Of a stretch of DNA of 36,373 nt, positions 33,861-36,373 are shown one piece after another. The notes beneath the pieces were generated by a model. It had not been told where the DNA came from, did no database searches, and worked only from the letters and a program-made list of their open reading frames with translations. Position numbers and translations under genes: made by a program. Source of the DNA: Chiloscyllium plagiosum (taxonomy: Eukaryota); the NCBI RefSeq assembly GCF_004010195.1, contig NC_057719.1, positions 55,044,862 to 55,081,234 of the forward strand, read 5' to 3'. Numbering within the stretch: position 1 is the first letter of the stretch; the number at the start of each line of letters is the position of its first letter.

Positions 33861-34837
33861 ACATACACATTGCACAGGTTCATCTATGGCTCCATACCGT
33901 CAATGCTCCTTAGTAGGCATGCCTGGTGACATGCCAATGGTAGATAAATTGCACAAAGCATGTCGTCTGGTTAGACCTATTCATATGTTTTGACTCAATC
34001 TGCTTTGTGGTGGTCCTTGTATTGTGTAAACTTTAGGTTGATTTGTCTTTTATATAAAGCTTCCATTTGGATCAGCGCTATCACTAGCTCCATTAATCAG
34101 TGTAGGTCCAAGCCCATGAAGTCACAATCATATTGCTTGTCGATACATCTATTTATGAATTGATCAATGGTCTGGCTCAATTGTTGCCAGAAAGAGATGA
34201 ACTCCAAGTGCTGTATTTTGAAGTTGAGCTTCACTCCTACTTTATCTTTAAGTTGGTTGTATTTTTTCTGCACTCTTAAAATGGTCTTTGGATTGAATTG
34301 ATGTATTTTCTCTTAAAGGTCTTCATTGCCTACAGCAGCATTTATTTAAATGGCTTGTTTTCTCGATTTACAAAGATTGACCTCCAGAAAAAAAATCAGC
34401 TCCATGTATCATTGGAACAAAATGAACTCTGAAAGAAGACCTGAGCTATTCAATAGAGTGTTGAAAACCGTATGGGCAGCTTTGAACTTTCTCGCAGGAT
34501 TTTTAATGTAATTTGAAATTTTTACAGCCATCAGATTTTTATTTTCCCAGCCCTGTTCAATTTAATTTAGCTTTTGAGGTCAAGTACTTTTCATGTACAT
34601 TGCTTCAACTTGTCATAGATTAATATTTCATGGCAGTAGTAGCATTGTTAAACATATTCTGATTTTTGCTAGTTTAGCTATAAGCTTTTCTCAAACTCTG
34701 TAATTTTGGTGGTAAAAAAGCTGCAGGATTTCCAAAACGAAAGTAAACAGTGAAAAATGCTTTTAATCATAAGCTTCCTCAGGCTAACGGGAACTGTTTT
34801 GGGATAGATTCTTCTACTCAGTCCAGTCTATACTTTA

Positions 34838-34965
34838 ATTAGAATTGGAATTAGGGTTATTGTCATGTATACTCAAGTACAGGAGTACAAGTTAACAATG
34901 TTGCCCCTCACGGTACAAGTCTTAGATACTTAATAAAGAAATAAAGAAAAAATAGCTACATTACC
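34838..34965 (-). mobile_element. Probable LINE 3' terminus
   Basis: Minus strand ends tacatgacaataaccctaattccaattctaatt, similar in style to the Rex-type tail. Confidence 0.35.
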
Positions 34966-35251
34966 TCAGAGTTCTTCATAGTGTAAGTTGGAAAAATAAG
35001 AAATAAAGTTAAAAGGATAAACTTTACAGCCACATAAACAGGTAATAAATAAACGTCAACAATAATTATTTCTCCTTTCTGTGGAATTCTAACTAGTGAG
35101 ATTGCAGTCTCCTGTTGTTGCTCAAGCTTTACTTAGGTAGATCAGTTATTTGGATTATTTCATGAATGTCTCCCAGATTTGAACAATCTATCAGGATTAG
35201 CATGTCTGGAGCAATTACAGAATGAGGATATGGTGTGTGTAGAATCCTTAT

Positions 35252-35527
35252 GATTAGGTTCCCTACAGTATGGAAACAGACCATTGGACCCCACCAGTCC
35301 ACACCGACTCTCCAAAGAATTACCCACCCAGACGAATTTCCCTCTGACTAATGTACCTGACCTGCACAACTTTGGATTGTTGGAAGAAACCAAAGCACCC
35401 GGAGGAAACCCACGCAGACACGGAGAGAATGTACAAACTCCTCTCAGACAGTCGCCTGAGGCTGGAATTGAACCTGGGTGCCTGGTACTGTGAGACTGCA
35501 ATGCTAATCACTGAGCTACCATACCAC
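35252..35527 (-). mobile_element. HE1-related V-SINE
   Basis: Reverse complement has the tRNA head, GGTTCAATTCC B-box and V-domain. Confidence 0.88.
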
Positions 35528-35717
35528 ATAATCGTTTGCTGATTCATAATGGTTGGTTAGCTTTCACAACTGTTCTTTTAATGCTTGAAGATTGTATATT
35601 TTGTAGTCAAATCTTTCAAAAGCATGCTGCCACCTTGTTATGTTCTTTATAAATATGCCCATCATACACAAAGATTGGTAAAACAATCATTCTGAATATA
35701 AGACTTCATGTAATCTT

Positions 35718-35770
35718 GGGCAGCTCGCCATCATCTTCTCAAGAGCAACTAGGGATGGGTAATAAATGTT
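35718..35770 (+). mobile_element. 3' tail fragment of the CR1-group LINE/SINE family
   Basis: gcagctcgccatcatcttctcaagagcaactagggatgggtaataaatg matches 8010-8060. Confidence 0.55.
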
Positions 35771-36153
35771 ATGGAGTGGTACCGAAGTGTTATCATGACG
35801 CAATTATTACAACCAGTCATTAACTTAATCTTAATCTTACATTCACAGTTTAGCAAATTCTTTGAGTTGTCAATCAAAGGATTAGCAGATGTCTTTCGAG
35901 GGATATGAATGCAAGTCATTTTGAATTTTAAATCGATTAAGTATTTGAAGAGATTTAAATGCTTTAAGTATGCTTTCATGAATGGTGTTTTTTTTCTTTG
36001 TTGTCAAAATCAAGGCAAGAGCGGATAGTTAGATCTTACATTATGTCATCTCAACATGGTTCCTCAGGTCACCAAATAGTGGATACCATATGGATATGCA
36101 TGGAAGCTGTAAATGCAAATAGTGATGGCTGAGTTGACATGAGTTCACATTAA

Positions 36154-36373
36154 GGATCAGTGGTGCTGGAAGAGCACAGCAATTCAGGCAGCATCCGAGG
36201 ACAGGCAAAATCGACGTTTCGGGCAAAAGCCCTTCATCAGGAATAAAGGCAGAGAGCCTGAAGCGTGGAGAGATAAGCTAGAGGAGGGTGGGGGTGTGGA
36301 GAGAGTGGCATAGAGTACAATAGGTCAGTGGGGAAGGAGATGAAGGTGATAGGTCAGGGAGGAGAGGGGGGAG
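36154..36373 (-). mobile_element. PLE pLTR (subfamily D), runs off the window edge
   Basis: Homologous layout to 1-187, CpG-retaining and apparently young. Confidence 0.85.
36209..36244 (-). ncRNA. Minimal hammerhead ribozyme with intact canonical core
   Basis: ATTC-CTGATGA-A-GGGC-TTTT-GCCC-GAAA-CGTC-GATT, with a GUC cleavage triplet. Confidence 0.82.

Noticed and set aside
1..36373. CRISPR array, prokaryotic operon or defence system
   Set aside because: No regularly spaced repeats or gene-dense organisation. The content is vertebrate retroelement-rich DNA.

Overview
Repeat-rich eukaryotic non-coding DNA, almost certainly from a cartilaginous fish (shark), judged from HE1-type V-SINEs, CR1 LINEs and shark-type Penelope-like elements (PLEs). 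No intact host protein-coding gene was recognised. Most ORFs in the track are chance frames, N-gap artefacts or decayed retrotransposon ORFs. The window is a nested mosaic of PLEs (RT with YIDD, GIY-YIG endonuclease, pseudo-LTRs), CR1-group and Rex1/Babar LINEs, at least four SINE types, four solo LTRs and probable Harbinger Myb/SANT remnants. The strongest signal missed by the ORF track is a set of about 13 minimal hammerhead-ribozyme motifs (CUGANGA-stem II-GAAA-CGUH) in the PLE pseudo-LTRs. They come from several subfamilies with different stem II sequences that keep their pairing, and two copies (21478-21515 and 36209-36244, minus strand) have intact cores. Other notable features are a conserved stem-loop and ~37-nt tail downstream of the ribozyme, a PLE inserted with a 15-bp TSD into another family's hammerhead, inverted PLE architectures, and a Rex1 copy with a twin-priming-like 5' inversion. 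Family names come from recognising motifs by eye, not from database searches.
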